A program made the translations under genes and the position numbers. 64,000 nt of DNA from an uncultured Bacteroidaceae bacterium (GTDB lineage: Bacteria; Bacillota; Clostridia; Christensenellales; CAG-917). Below the pieces are notes generated by a model that saw only the letters and a program-made list of their open reading frames with translations, had not been told where the DNA came from and ran no database searches. Shown here piece after piece: positions 13,101 to 25,100 of the stretch (position 1 is the first letter of the stretch; each line of letters starts with the position of its first letter). The DNA is taken from NCBI GenBank assembly GCA_964599875.1, contig CAZRHE010000008.1, positions 9,781 to 73,780 of the forward strand. The letters run 5' to 3'.

Positions 13101-16100
13101 GTCATCTGCTCGGTCCAGTTGATGATATCGTTGAGTTTGAGGCTGAGGTCGAGGCTGAGGTCGATTTCCGCGCTTTCGAGGTCACCGAGGAGAGATTCGA
13201 TATCGAGGTCCGCTCCGCCGAGCAAGTCGCCGAGGTTGAGGGACATGATCTTCGAATAGTTGGTGAAGTCGGAAACGGGTTTGTAGTATACTCCGCCTTC
13301 TTCGACGTCCGCGCCGTTTACGAGCACGAGGTCTTTGATATCCGCAAATTGTCCTGCGGGTTCGGTGCCGACGTACTTGTAGAGGTCGCCCTTGACGGTG
13401 CTATCCCAAACGTTGCCGTCTTCGTCGTAGAGTTTTTCGTCAAGCACGCGCACGAACTTGGTTTCGCAACGCTTGTACACCCACACGCCCATCGCGACTG
13501 CGTTGTTGAACGCCGCCTCGTTTGCGTATACGGTGGTTGCCTTGACGTAGTACTTATCGTCTACCTTGACGACGTCGATGCCGTTTTCGGACTTCGCGTT
13601 GCCCACTTTGACGTATGCGTCTTCATATGGCGTCTTGTCGTCGCGAGTGAAGTTTGCATAGTAGAAGTGATAGTTGTCCGCCGTGTCGGGATCGGTGTCG
13701 TAGGAGTTTTGATAGGTGTTGTTGCGCTTATTGAAGTCTTCGATCGTACCGAAGTCGATGACTGAACTGTCTTCGGTGCCGTTGAAGAGTTGCAGTTTGA
13801 CGAGCATGTCGAGAACGCCCTTTTCGCCGTCTTTGTCGAAGAGTGCGAGGTCGATGCCGATAGAGTACGGGCTGAGTTTGAGGTCAACGCCGACGGTGAA
13901 GTTCGGGAGGATATCTTCGTCGATATCGACTCCGAGCATGCCGAGGAGCAGGCTGACGAAGCCCTTCGTCACTTTGAGTGCGAGAGTACGAGTGTAGAGG
14001 TTGACGTACAAGCCTGCGAGAGTAGGATCCGCATACTTGCTTGCAACTCTGCCCTGTGCGCGTCCTTCGTCCGCCGCGAGTGCGTCGCTTTCGGATTCGC
14101 CGAAGGAGAGAGAGCCGTCGAGGAGGCTTGCAAGGAGTTCTTCAACCGAGTAATCGCTGAGGTCGATTGCGAGTTTCGCGCCTTCGCCGAGGAGCCATTC
14201 GAGATCGACGTTAAGTCCTGCAAGACCGGTGTCTTCGTCGCGGTTGTAGTACAAACCGAGCATATGGGTGAGAGTGCCGTCCGCACCGTTTGCCGCATCG
14301 TTTTCACGACGCCACACGTCGATTGCGAGATCGAGATCGAAGACGTTCATCTTGAATTCGGGCACGAAGTCCATTCTGAAGGACAAACCGATCTTGATTT
14401 CGAAGAGCACTTCTCCGCTGAAGTCTTCAAGGACTTGGAGTGCGATTCCGTCGAGGTCGCCGAGCAATCCGCCGAGGACTTCCGCTACGTTGGTTTCAAC
14501 GCCCGTGGAGTAAAGCACGTAGTCGTTTTCTTGGAGATCCGCGCCGTCTGCGAGTTGTTTATATCCGCCTTGATACATGGTGTATCTGTCTTCGGGTTTG
14601 ACGTACACGGAAGAGGACGGATTGTTGATATCCGCCAGCGTGTAGGATGCGCCCGTCGCGTTGAGAAGGTCGAGATAGTCGCTTACGGATACGTAATCGT
14701 AATATCCGGTGACGTAGATGCCTCCGCGAATGGTGAGGGAGATATAGAACATATCGTCGGTGTCGACGTAGTTGATTTCATTGCCGCCGTCGTAGAGGGA
14801 CATCGCGACGACTTCCGCTCTCGTTGCGTCGAAATCGTTGGTCCAATCGTCGGAATCGTAGTTGCTTGCAAGATATTCCGCAAGTTTAACGTACGTTCTG
14901 TTCCATTCGTCGTACACGTAGTATTCGATTTGTTCCGCAGTGTAACGAGGCATATTCGCAAGGTTTGCAGCCGCACCCGACGCCTTGACGAATTGATTGT
15001 TCGAGTAATCCCAAACGTAATCGCCGGTGCCGTCGTTTTGAGTGGTCACGTATGCGTTGCTTGCTTTTTCGATAATGTTCTTGCCCGTCGCGCGAACGTA
15101 GAGTTCGTCGTCGGTGAGTTCGCCAAGACCGTATTTCTCGCGATTTTCCGCGGTATTTCTGACGTAAACGTCGCGATATTTCTCTTGTTTGTAGAGGGTG
15201 TCCGCAGTGAGTTTGATACGAGGATAGTATCCGAGGTCTTGGAGTTTGATTTGCAGATAGAAGTTGTATTCCGCCGCCGCTCTTCCGAATTCGTTGCCCG
15301 AAGTGAAGTCGATCATTTGACCCGCTTCGAAATCGACGGTCGTGAAGAAGTCTTTGACTGCAACGTATCTGCCCTCTGCGTAGACGTAGAGGTTTTCTGC
15401 GACGATGGGATAATATTCGCCGTGATAGTACATGTAGCGGACGTTATCCGTGTAATTGTCGTAGATATCGATATCGTGGTCGGTGGTGCCGTTGGGCGTG
15501 CCTTCGATCCACTTATCCGAACTGTTCATATCGCCGACGAAGGTGTAGAGATAATCGTCGATCTTGAAGTATTTCGCGCCTGCGGGTGCCGCTTCGCCGT
15601 ATTGTGCTTCGTATTGGTCGGGAGTTATGTACTCTTGTTCTCTTGCGCCGAATTCGGGGAATCCGATATTAAGACCGACTTCGTATTCCCACAGATAGAG
15701 CATGAGGGACACGAGAGGCTTTCTGACGCCTTCTTCCTTGACGGAAACGAGCATATCGTCGTATGCGATTTGAGTGAATTCGTAATACTTATCCACAGGA
15801 GAATCGGGAGTTACTCTCTCGTATTGACCGTCGCCGACGTGATAGTACACGTTGGTTGCGGAAGTTGCTTCCTGTCTTTCGAAGTATCTGTAATCTCCGG
15901 TTGCTCCGTCTCTTTCGGCGTTCTCTTTCTCGAAAGGAGTCGCCTTGGTGAGGAGTTGATAATAATCCGAACCGCTGTTGACTATCTTGATATACGCTTC
16001 ATAGGTGGAGAGCGTGTAGTAATGCTTGGTGCCTGCCGCTACGCCCGCCTCGTAATTTGCGACTTCTTCTTCGGAGAGTCTGCTTGCCATTTCCGTTCTG

Positions 16101-19100
16101 AGATAGTAAGTAGTCTTGCCGTTGGATTCAACCGCATAGTAGGTGCCGCCGATATCGTCGATTTCGTATGCAAAGCGGAAGTCGGATTGTCTTCTCTCGT
16201 CCGCGTCGGTGCCTGCGTAATCTTTGTACAGATACGTGGAGCGGTCGGTATTGATTTGCAAGTACGGTTGCTTGGTGAAGTTGTAATCGAAGTGCAAACC
16301 GTCCTCACCGAGAAGGAGTTCGAGGAGCGCGTTGATATAATCCGCTTGTACTATCGCGCGGATATAAGTGCTGGTGATTCTGAGTCCCCACACGAACGCG
16401 GTGACGTATGCCGCGATATCGTCGCCGAGGAGCGGGAGTTCCGCCGCGGATGCCGCAGTGGTGGTTTCATCGGATGCGAGTGCTTCGTCGCTTTCGTTAG
16501 CGCCGCCGAAAACGCCGGGAAGGAGGTTGCTTGCGATGTCGCGGAGCGAGTAAGAATTGATATACACGCTGGGAATCGAGAAGTAACTGAGGTCGACGTA
16601 AAGACCGCCCTTCACGCGTTTGTAGGTGCCGTTATCGTTTTGATAGAAGTACGTGGAGTCGTAACTGTATCTCTTGTTGCCGTAGAGCATCAAATCTGTG
16701 GTTACAGTCACGAGTTTGTATTCGCCGTCCGCGGAGTCGTAATAGTAATCTCCGTTCTTGGACTCGAAATAATGGCTGTATCTGTCTTCGGGTGCTACGT
16801 AATCGTCCTTTGCGGGATTGATTTCGTTTGCGGTGAGTTTTTCGAATTCGCCGCTAATCATGTAGATGCCGAGGAGAGTACGGGTTTCGCTCTTCGCAAT
16901 AGAGGAATCGTGATCCTGTTTGTCCATTGCGGTAGAGTTGAGTATGACGGACGCATTGATGAAACTGAGCAAGTCGCCGATGCTGAGTTCTTTGCTCGTG
17001 AATGCGTTCTTGATGATATTGAAGAGGTCGATTATCGACAAGTCTTCGTCGAGGTCGCCGACGTTGATATTGACTTCGTATTGACGGAAGTAGTTGACGA
17101 GTGCCGCGAACTTGATTTCGACGTTGATGATGAGTTCCATCTTTCTGTCGAGGTCGCCGTTCATATCCGAAATTGCCGAGATTTCCGCTTTAAGTTTGTC
17201 GGGATCCGCGTCGGGGAAGAGCATTTCGAGGACTGCGCTCAAATCTATATCCGCATCCTTCTTGAAGGAAGTCGTGATATCGATAACTTCGGTGAGAGTG
17301 ATACGATCGAGTTCGGTGATTTCTTGATATTCGGAGAGTTCTTCCGCCGAGAGAGTGTATTCGTGCTCGGTGGTGAATTCAAGGGACACGTTGCGGACGC
17401 CGACGAGGAGGCTGAGTTCCGCATCGTAGCCGTTGCCGTTTGCGGGATAGCCCGCTTGACGACGATAAACTATCGTGCCGTCTTCTCTTGCCGCGGTGTA
17501 ATCCTTTCTTTCGTATCTTCTTTCTTCGGAAACGCTGTCGTTGGGCGCAAGTTCACGGAAGGAACCGTCGTCAAGACGATAGTAGTTGCCGTTGTTGTTT
17601 TGAGTGAAGACGTAATCTCCTTCGATTCCTTCTTCTTCGTCCTTAACTGCGGGGACTTCTCCGTCCGCGAGTTGTACGTAGCGGTCGCCTTGGATGGATA
17701 CGGTCGCTCCGATTTCCACGTTGACGCCGTCGTTGATATCGAGGTCAACGTCCGCACCGAAGATGAGGTCGTCGGGAATATAATCCGCAAGGTCGAGTCC
17801 GTCGACGAGCATTTCGATAATCGTGCGGAGGAACTTGTTCGCGATATTGATAGAGAGTGCGCGTCTGTTGAGGAGCAACAACACGTCGATATCGTCCGCG
17901 CCTACTTCGCCCGCCGCAAGTGCGTCGCTGGATGCATCGCTGTCGGGAAGTACGTTATCCGAGTACGAGCCGTTGAAGATTTCGCCGAGATATTTCTCGA
18001 TGAATCCCGCGACTACGCTGGAGGTGATGCTGAGTTTGGGAAGATTGAGGAACGGCACGTCGATATAGAAGACGTTTTGCACGTAATATGCACCGAGCCA
18101 GAGATTTTCCGCACCCGTTTCGGAAATGTTGATGAGTTCGACTTTGATTTCCGAATTGAGGATTTGCGAGAAGTCGAGCATGACGCCCGCGTCAAGACGG
18201 AAGTGTGCCGAAGAGTAACCCTTTGCAGTGGAAGGAATGTCAATCTTGACGCCTTCGAGGTTGCCGAGGAGTTTTTCGAAAATCATACCGAAGTCGATTT
18301 CACCTTCGGTGATGCCGAGTTCGAGTTCAACCGAGAGGTTGAGGGACACGCTGGATTCATAGAACGGGCTGAGTGCAACGTAATCCTTTCCGTCCCTGCT
18401 CGTTTCGTTGAGTATGTAGGAAGGAATGAGTGCGTCGCTTGCGCCGAATCCGAGGTCGAGGCCGTTGAGTTTAAGACCGATATCGATTGCGTTTGCAGTG
18501 ATATTAAGACCGATCGCGAATTGTTTGAATTGCGTGTAGTAGTCGGGTTGTCTAAAGTAGGTGCCCTCTTTTTCTTGGACGTAACCGAAGTATCTGTCCA
18601 TGAAGGTATCCACCGCGACGTAACCGCCTGCGAAGATATAGTAAGTTTCGTTTTGGTCGTAACCATTCTTCGCGATTTCGACGGTGTCCGCTTGTTCATA
18701 GTTGACGCCTTCTCTGACGTAGAGCGTGTAACGCTCGGTGTCGAAGTGCTCGTCTCCGTTTGCGGTCGCTACGGTTGCGTATCTGCCGCTTTCCTTATTC
18801 TCTTTCCAAACGATTTCGTCATAGTATGCGTATCTTTCGTCGGTGGGAAGGATGAGGATGAAGCAATCCGCGTTCGCGCCGTCCGCGATATAGGTATCGC
18901 GTCTGTAATACGCGCGTTTCCAATCGTCTGCGGAAGTGGTTTCGTCCGCTTTTGCGAAGGTCACGTCGTATCTGGTCGCGCCTGCGGGGATTTCTTCGTC
19001 TGTTTCCGCGAAGATATAGTAATTTCTGTTGTTTTCCGCGTTTCCGCCGAGGTTGATGCTTTCAAGATAATATCTGCCCGCCTCGTTTTCGGTCGCGGAT

Positions 19101-22100
19101 TCGACGTAATATGCGTCGCCGTCGTTGAGTTCTTTAATCGCCGCTACGGTGTCCGCCGCGAAATCCGTATAGGTATACTTGCCCGTTTCCATTCCGAGAG
19201 AAACTTCGAGTTTGTCGAAGACTTCTTCAAAGGAACCGAGGTCGGGAAGAAGTGCGCTCACAAGAAGGGAGATGACGGATTTGGTGATGACGATTTGAGT
19301 TGCGACGTCGGAGTGGATGAGGCTGATGATTGCGTTTCTTTCAACGTCGTAATCGGTTGCCGCAGAATCCACGTCCGCAGTGTCGATATCTTCTTCCGCC
19401 GCCGCAAGTGCGTCCCCTTGTCCCGCCGCATTGGTGCTGTCGTCGCCGCCGATGAGGCCTGCGAGCAAGTCGACGAAGTTGGGCACGTAGGAGTACACGT
19501 CCGCAACGTCGAAGATTTCAACGCCGTTGAGATAGAGATTGCCGTTATAGAGATAGATTCCGCCCTTTGCAAGGTAGTTGCCGTTGCCGTCGGTGAGAAC
19601 GTTTCCGTCGTCGTCCGTTTCGAGGATTTCGAGTGCGACTTCGAGGGTGTTGAGGTCGCTGTTTTCGAGGAATGCGTTCATATTTCCGCCGATGAGAGAT
19701 GCAAGGTCGAGTGCGTTGAGGTCGAGTTTAAGACCCACTCTGATTGCAAGGCCGTCGTGGAAGGTGGAGCCGGTCTTCGCGGTGAGAACCATATCTCTGA
19801 TATAGTTTTCGAGCAGTCCGCCGAGTTCGAGAGATTCGATGTCGTTGCTGTCGAAATACAGGCTCAAATTGAGTCCGAGATAAATGCTTTGCGTTCCGCT
19901 TTGTTCGGAAGAGGGAGTGCCGTTAATCATTCCCATTATGTTCTCGACGTAGTCGGTTATGTCGACGAAGTCCGCTTTTTCGAGTTCGGACAAAGGCGTG
20001 ACGTAATCTCTATCCGCGAGAGTAATATCGAATCCAAGACCGAGTTTGACCGCGATATTCACGCCCGAAATCGTGTTGAGTCTGATTCCGAGAGAGAGTT
20101 TGTCGTCGAGGTCAGCGTCTTTCCAAGTGAGGAACACGCCGCTTTCCACTTCGTCGAGGTTGAGCATGTCGAGGTCGAGATCTTGACCCGTCAACGCTCC
20201 GACAAGACCGGTGATGAACGTGGAGTTGAACAAGATATCCAGTCTATCCCAGTTGTTGTACCAGTATTCGCCGTTTCTGTAAATTGCGGAGCATCTGAAG
20301 ACGATACGTTTGACGACCATGTTGATATAGTCGATGATGCCGAGTTCGCCGTCTTCCGCCGCAAGCGCCGCGCTTTCGCTCGTTCCGCCGATGAGTCCGA
20401 TGATATAGTCGAGACCGACGGTAAGTCTGGGTCCGCCGAGGTCGCCGAGATCGACGTAGAGGTCGCCGTCGATGAGATAAATGCTAATCTTCGCTTCGTT
20501 CTTCTCGCCTTGATTCATAACGAGTTGCACGCCGACTTGGAGTGCGGACAAGATTGTGTCGAGGTCGAAGTTGAAGTTGTCGAAGTCTGCGTCGAGAATG
20601 GAATCGAATCCGAGTTTTTCGAGGTCGATTGCGCCGAATATCTTGAGGACGATATCGTCGTCGAGAGGATCGTTCAAGTAAATATTGAGTCCCAATCTTT
20701 CGATGAGTGCGGTGATTATGTCTTTGACCGTACCCGCTTCCATTCCGCTGATTGCGTTCTTAATCGCATCGATGCTGAGGATTGCGTCGATGAGATCGTT
20801 GAGATCGATAGGATCTTTGATATACAAGCCGTTGGGATCTTGTACGTATCTGCCGTCCGAAGTGCGTTTGGAGTAGCGTTCATCGTCGGGATAAAGCCCC
20901 GCAACTTCGCTGCCGACGAGAGTAAAGGTCGGGTTCAAACTGTATTCGAGGACGAGTTCGAGGGAGAAGGACACGATTTTGTTTTCGCGATACTTGTTGA
21001 AACGACCGATTCCTTCTTCGCCCGTGTATCTGTAATAAGTGGTGCCTTCGACGTAAGTGCCTTCCGCGTTAATCGCGTACGCGCCATCCTTATATATATA
21101 CGCGTGCGCGGGGTCGAGGTACGCTTCGTTGCCTTCGGTCATCTCCTCTGCCGTCAACGCGACGTAGTTTGCCGCCACTTGATATTGATACAAGGCGTTT
21201 TGGATTCTTTCGCCGACGGAGTCGAACGCTTTACCCGCAGTGATGCAAGGTTGTTTGACGTAAACACCGAGATTGAGGAGAGTGCTTTCGAGGTCGAGTG
21301 CGAGTTCGACGTTTTCGAAGTCGATATCGAGTCCGAGTTCGAGTCCGAGGTCGGGCAAACGATCGAGGGATTCGCCGATATCACCCGTGGTGCCTTCTTC
21401 GGAAACAAGGTCGACGACGAGTGCGATTATCGTGAGAATGACTTTTTGGCTGACGACCAAGGAAATATGTTCGCTTGCGATTCCGAGAACGATTTCGAGC
21501 GCTTCTTCCGCACTGACCTTTCTTTCTTCAGCGGACATTGCTTCGCTTTCGTCGCCGTTTTCTTCACCGAGCAATCCTTTGATTGCTTCGACGAGTTTGT
21601 CGATGAGGAGAGTGTCTTCGATGAGGACGTCTTCATCGGACAAAATGCCCATATCGATCATGATGACGCCGTCGTAGAGATAGACACCGAGAATGTTTTC
21701 GTTCTTGACGAGGTTTCTGATTTCGAGAACGATTTCGGTTTCGGACGAGTTTTCAAGATTGAGGTTTGCACCGAGATAAAGTTCCGCATCGAGGACGATA
21801 TCCTTTTCGATTTCGATACCCGCGGAGAGCAGGAAGTCTGCTATGAACGCGGAAACGAGGTCGTTGACGGGAAGTTCTTTATTCGTTCTGTCTTGAGTGT
21901 CGAGCAATTCGAGTTTGAGTTCAAGAGCAAGTTCGACCGCGATGGTGTCGAAGTTGTCCTTGCCGACGTAATTGTCGGGCTCGATGGGATAATATTTGTT
22001 TTCAACGGTGTTCGCATCCGAGAATCCGATCTTGATTCCGCTGAGGGTAAGACCGACCGCAAACGGATCGATACCGACCATCAAATCGAGTTTGTAAGGA

Positions 22101-25100
22101 TTGAATCCCAAACGGAGATAACTGTTGTCCGTATTGAGAGAGATAAAGTCGGTGGAAAGTCCCGATGAGCCGTAGTTGCCCGTCATGCTTTCGACGTAAG
22201 ACGTGGATTCGTCATCCGCCACTTTCTTTTCAAAGCGAGTGCCGGTGTAAGTGCCTCTTTCTTCACCCGTCAACTTCTTGTATTCGACGTTCTTGAAGTA
22301 CGCACCGTCTTCTCTTTCGACGTATTGACCGTCTACGTATGCGTATCTGACGCCGTCGAAGTCTACCGCCGCTTCTTTGTAGGTCACTTCGGGTTTGTAT
22401 TCGCCCGTGGTGGAGAGATAATATTTGCCGTTTATCTTCTCGTATCTTTCGCCCGTGTAAGTACCGAGTTCCTCTGCGGTGAGTTCACGATACGCCATAT
22501 CGGGGCTGATGAGTTCGATGACGGTTGCGATGAGCGTGCTTGCAAGATAGACGGTGATGCTTTCACTACTTGCGTTAAGTCCGCCGATAAGGCCGCCGAC
22601 GAGTCCGACGATAGTGTCGATGATGCTGTCTTCTTCCTCTTCCGCCGTTTCGTCCGCAGACGCAAGTGCCTCGGAATCCGCACCGGATTCATCAGAAGAA
22701 CCGCCGATGAGTGCGCCGAGGTTGAGGTCCGCTATCGCGATATGTACGTCTTTGAGGAGATCGATTTCACTGTCGATATAAAGGGTTCCGGTCGCAACGC
22801 CTGTGGGTTGAGAAGGATCTTCGCAAAGAAGAGTTATTGCAAGAGATCTCTTCGTCGCACCGTTTGCGATTGCGTTTTCGTCGTACTCTCCGTCGAATAT
22901 CTCTATAGATATATCAGAATGAGAGAGTATATAATTAATATCCGCTATATTATCCGCGTTGAATCTCAACTTCGCGGAGATACGGAATCCGAGGGGTTGA
23001 GATACGTCGTACGGGATATCGAACGCGAGCATGAGTCTTTCGAGAAGTCCCGACACGCTTTCGTTGACGGAGCCTTCGGAAAGGAACATGGAAATCCAGT
23101 CGCCGACGGGCCAGTTATCCGCGTTGCTGAACGCGTCGAGGTGAATGGTGCCCGTGAGTTCGAGGAATACTTGGTCGATGCTGATGGTCATATCACCGTT
23201 TTCATCTTTGCCGAGGAGGCTGATGAGGGTGTATGCGTCGTCCCCGGAAGTCGTAAGACCCGCAAGAGGATCTTCCGCGTTCGCACCGAAAGGTTCAACC
23301 GCTTTTACGGTCTTGCTGATTGCGAGTTCGGGGTGTTTGAGAGAAAGGCTCAAACTGCCGGTTACGTTGTTGTTGGAATCTTTGATTGCGCCTTCGATGG
23401 AAAGAAGGTTATCGCTTGCGAGTTTGCTCCACGCAAGTTCGAGTGCGACGTCCATCATAGGCACGTTGATGCCGACGGTGCTCCAAAGGAGTTCCGCAAG
23501 ACCTTGCAAGAGGTCGACGCGGAGTGCGCCGTCCGAAATCTTGAGTGCGATAAGAAGCGCTATATCGAACTTGGAAGAATCGTAAACCATATCTTCCGCC
23601 GCAGATTGTGCCGCAGAATCGTCGTCGCCGCCTGCGATGAGATCCATGATAAGTCCGAACAAGTCGATATCGACCGCGACTTTTTCAATGCCGAAGTTCT
23701 TCGCGTCGAGATATACTTTGCCGCCCACGTAGTAGACGCCGAGGATAAGTCTGTCTTCTTCGTTCTTATACGCACCGTTCTTGACGAGTTCGATAAGGAT
23801 TTGAGATTCGTTGCCTTCGGTGGAAATCTCTTTCGCGCCGAGCAAGTAATCCATGAGAGGTTTAAGGTCGAGGGACGCTTGGATATTGAGGGTGTAATCC
23901 ATCAAAATCTGCTCTTCGAACACGACGTTGCCGCCGTTGCCGAGAGGAGTGCTACCCGCGTTCATCGTGGATTGAAGTCCGAGTTCAAGACCGAGATACA
24001 CGTTGGGAGTTTCGAACAAATTGACCCACAAATCGTCGTATTCGGAGGGAGGAGTAAGTCTGGACGCCGTGTCGGGAACTTCGTTGAATCCGAGGGTAAG
24101 TTCACCGAGCGACAAGGACAATTCGACGTCGTTGCCTACGCCGAGATACAAGAGGAGTTCGAGTTCGGAGAGGTTCAAACCATCCGCAAGGGTGATACGA
24201 ACGCCGCCGTAAGTGCTTTCGTCGATAAGGTTGCTGGAGATATTCGTTCCGACGAGTTTATAATACTTGTCGCCTGCGGAAAGTTGCGCGCCGTTGAATA
24301 CGCTCACTACCCCGTTTTCGTCCGCAACGTACACGGTTTCACCGAAGTTGCCGTTGTTGTACGCGGCGATTTCATCGGAATCGAGTTCCACGAAGTTTTC
24401 GAGGTCGGTGGTGACGCCGAGGAGTTCGAACACTTTCGCGATGAGGTTGTTGACGAGTGCGACTTCGAGATAGTTGTCGCCGAGGGTTACGCCGGTGATA
24501 AGTCCCGCGATGACGGAGATGATTTGACTGGTATCTCCGCTCTCTTCGGAACCTTCGGTCTCGTCGGACGCAAGTGCTTCGGAATCTCCGTCGCCGCCCG
24601 AAATGAGTCCGATAATGGTGTCTGCGGGTATTGCGATATTAAGTCCGCCGAGAACGTCCTCTCTGGTGTGGAGATAAATCGTGCCGCCCGAGAGCCATAT
24701 ATCTATTCCGTTTTCACTCTTGCCCGTGTCGCCGAGCCCGATATGGAAATCGGATTTGAGGATTCCGAGAATATCGAATTCGCCGTTTTCGTCGAGCAAG
24801 TCCGCCATATTGAGCCCGATATTCGCTTCGATGACGAGTTTGCTGGTTTCGTCGAAGGTCTTTGCAAACGCAACGAACGCTTGAACGAGCACGTTGCTTC
24901 CGCTTGCCACTTCGAGATTGCCGAGTTCGCCTTCGAGCGCATAGAGGTTAATAGTCGTGGTCAAGGACACGTAAACGGTGTCGAGTGCCGCGAGAAGTGC
25001 GTCTACAAGTGCGCCGCCGACGTCGTCCGTGCCGGATATGATTTCGCTGATATCGAAGTTGATATAGTCGGATTTAGACGCGCTGATTGCGCTCAATTTC

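Noticed and set aside
24584-24598. GGDGD at the start of a linker read as an RTX-type GGxGxD calcium-binding nonapeptide
   Set aside because: Only one linker has this spacing. There is no tandem nonapeptide periodicity and no downstream Asp/hydrophobic pattern. The conserved element across linkers is A-x-[A/S], not GGxGxD.
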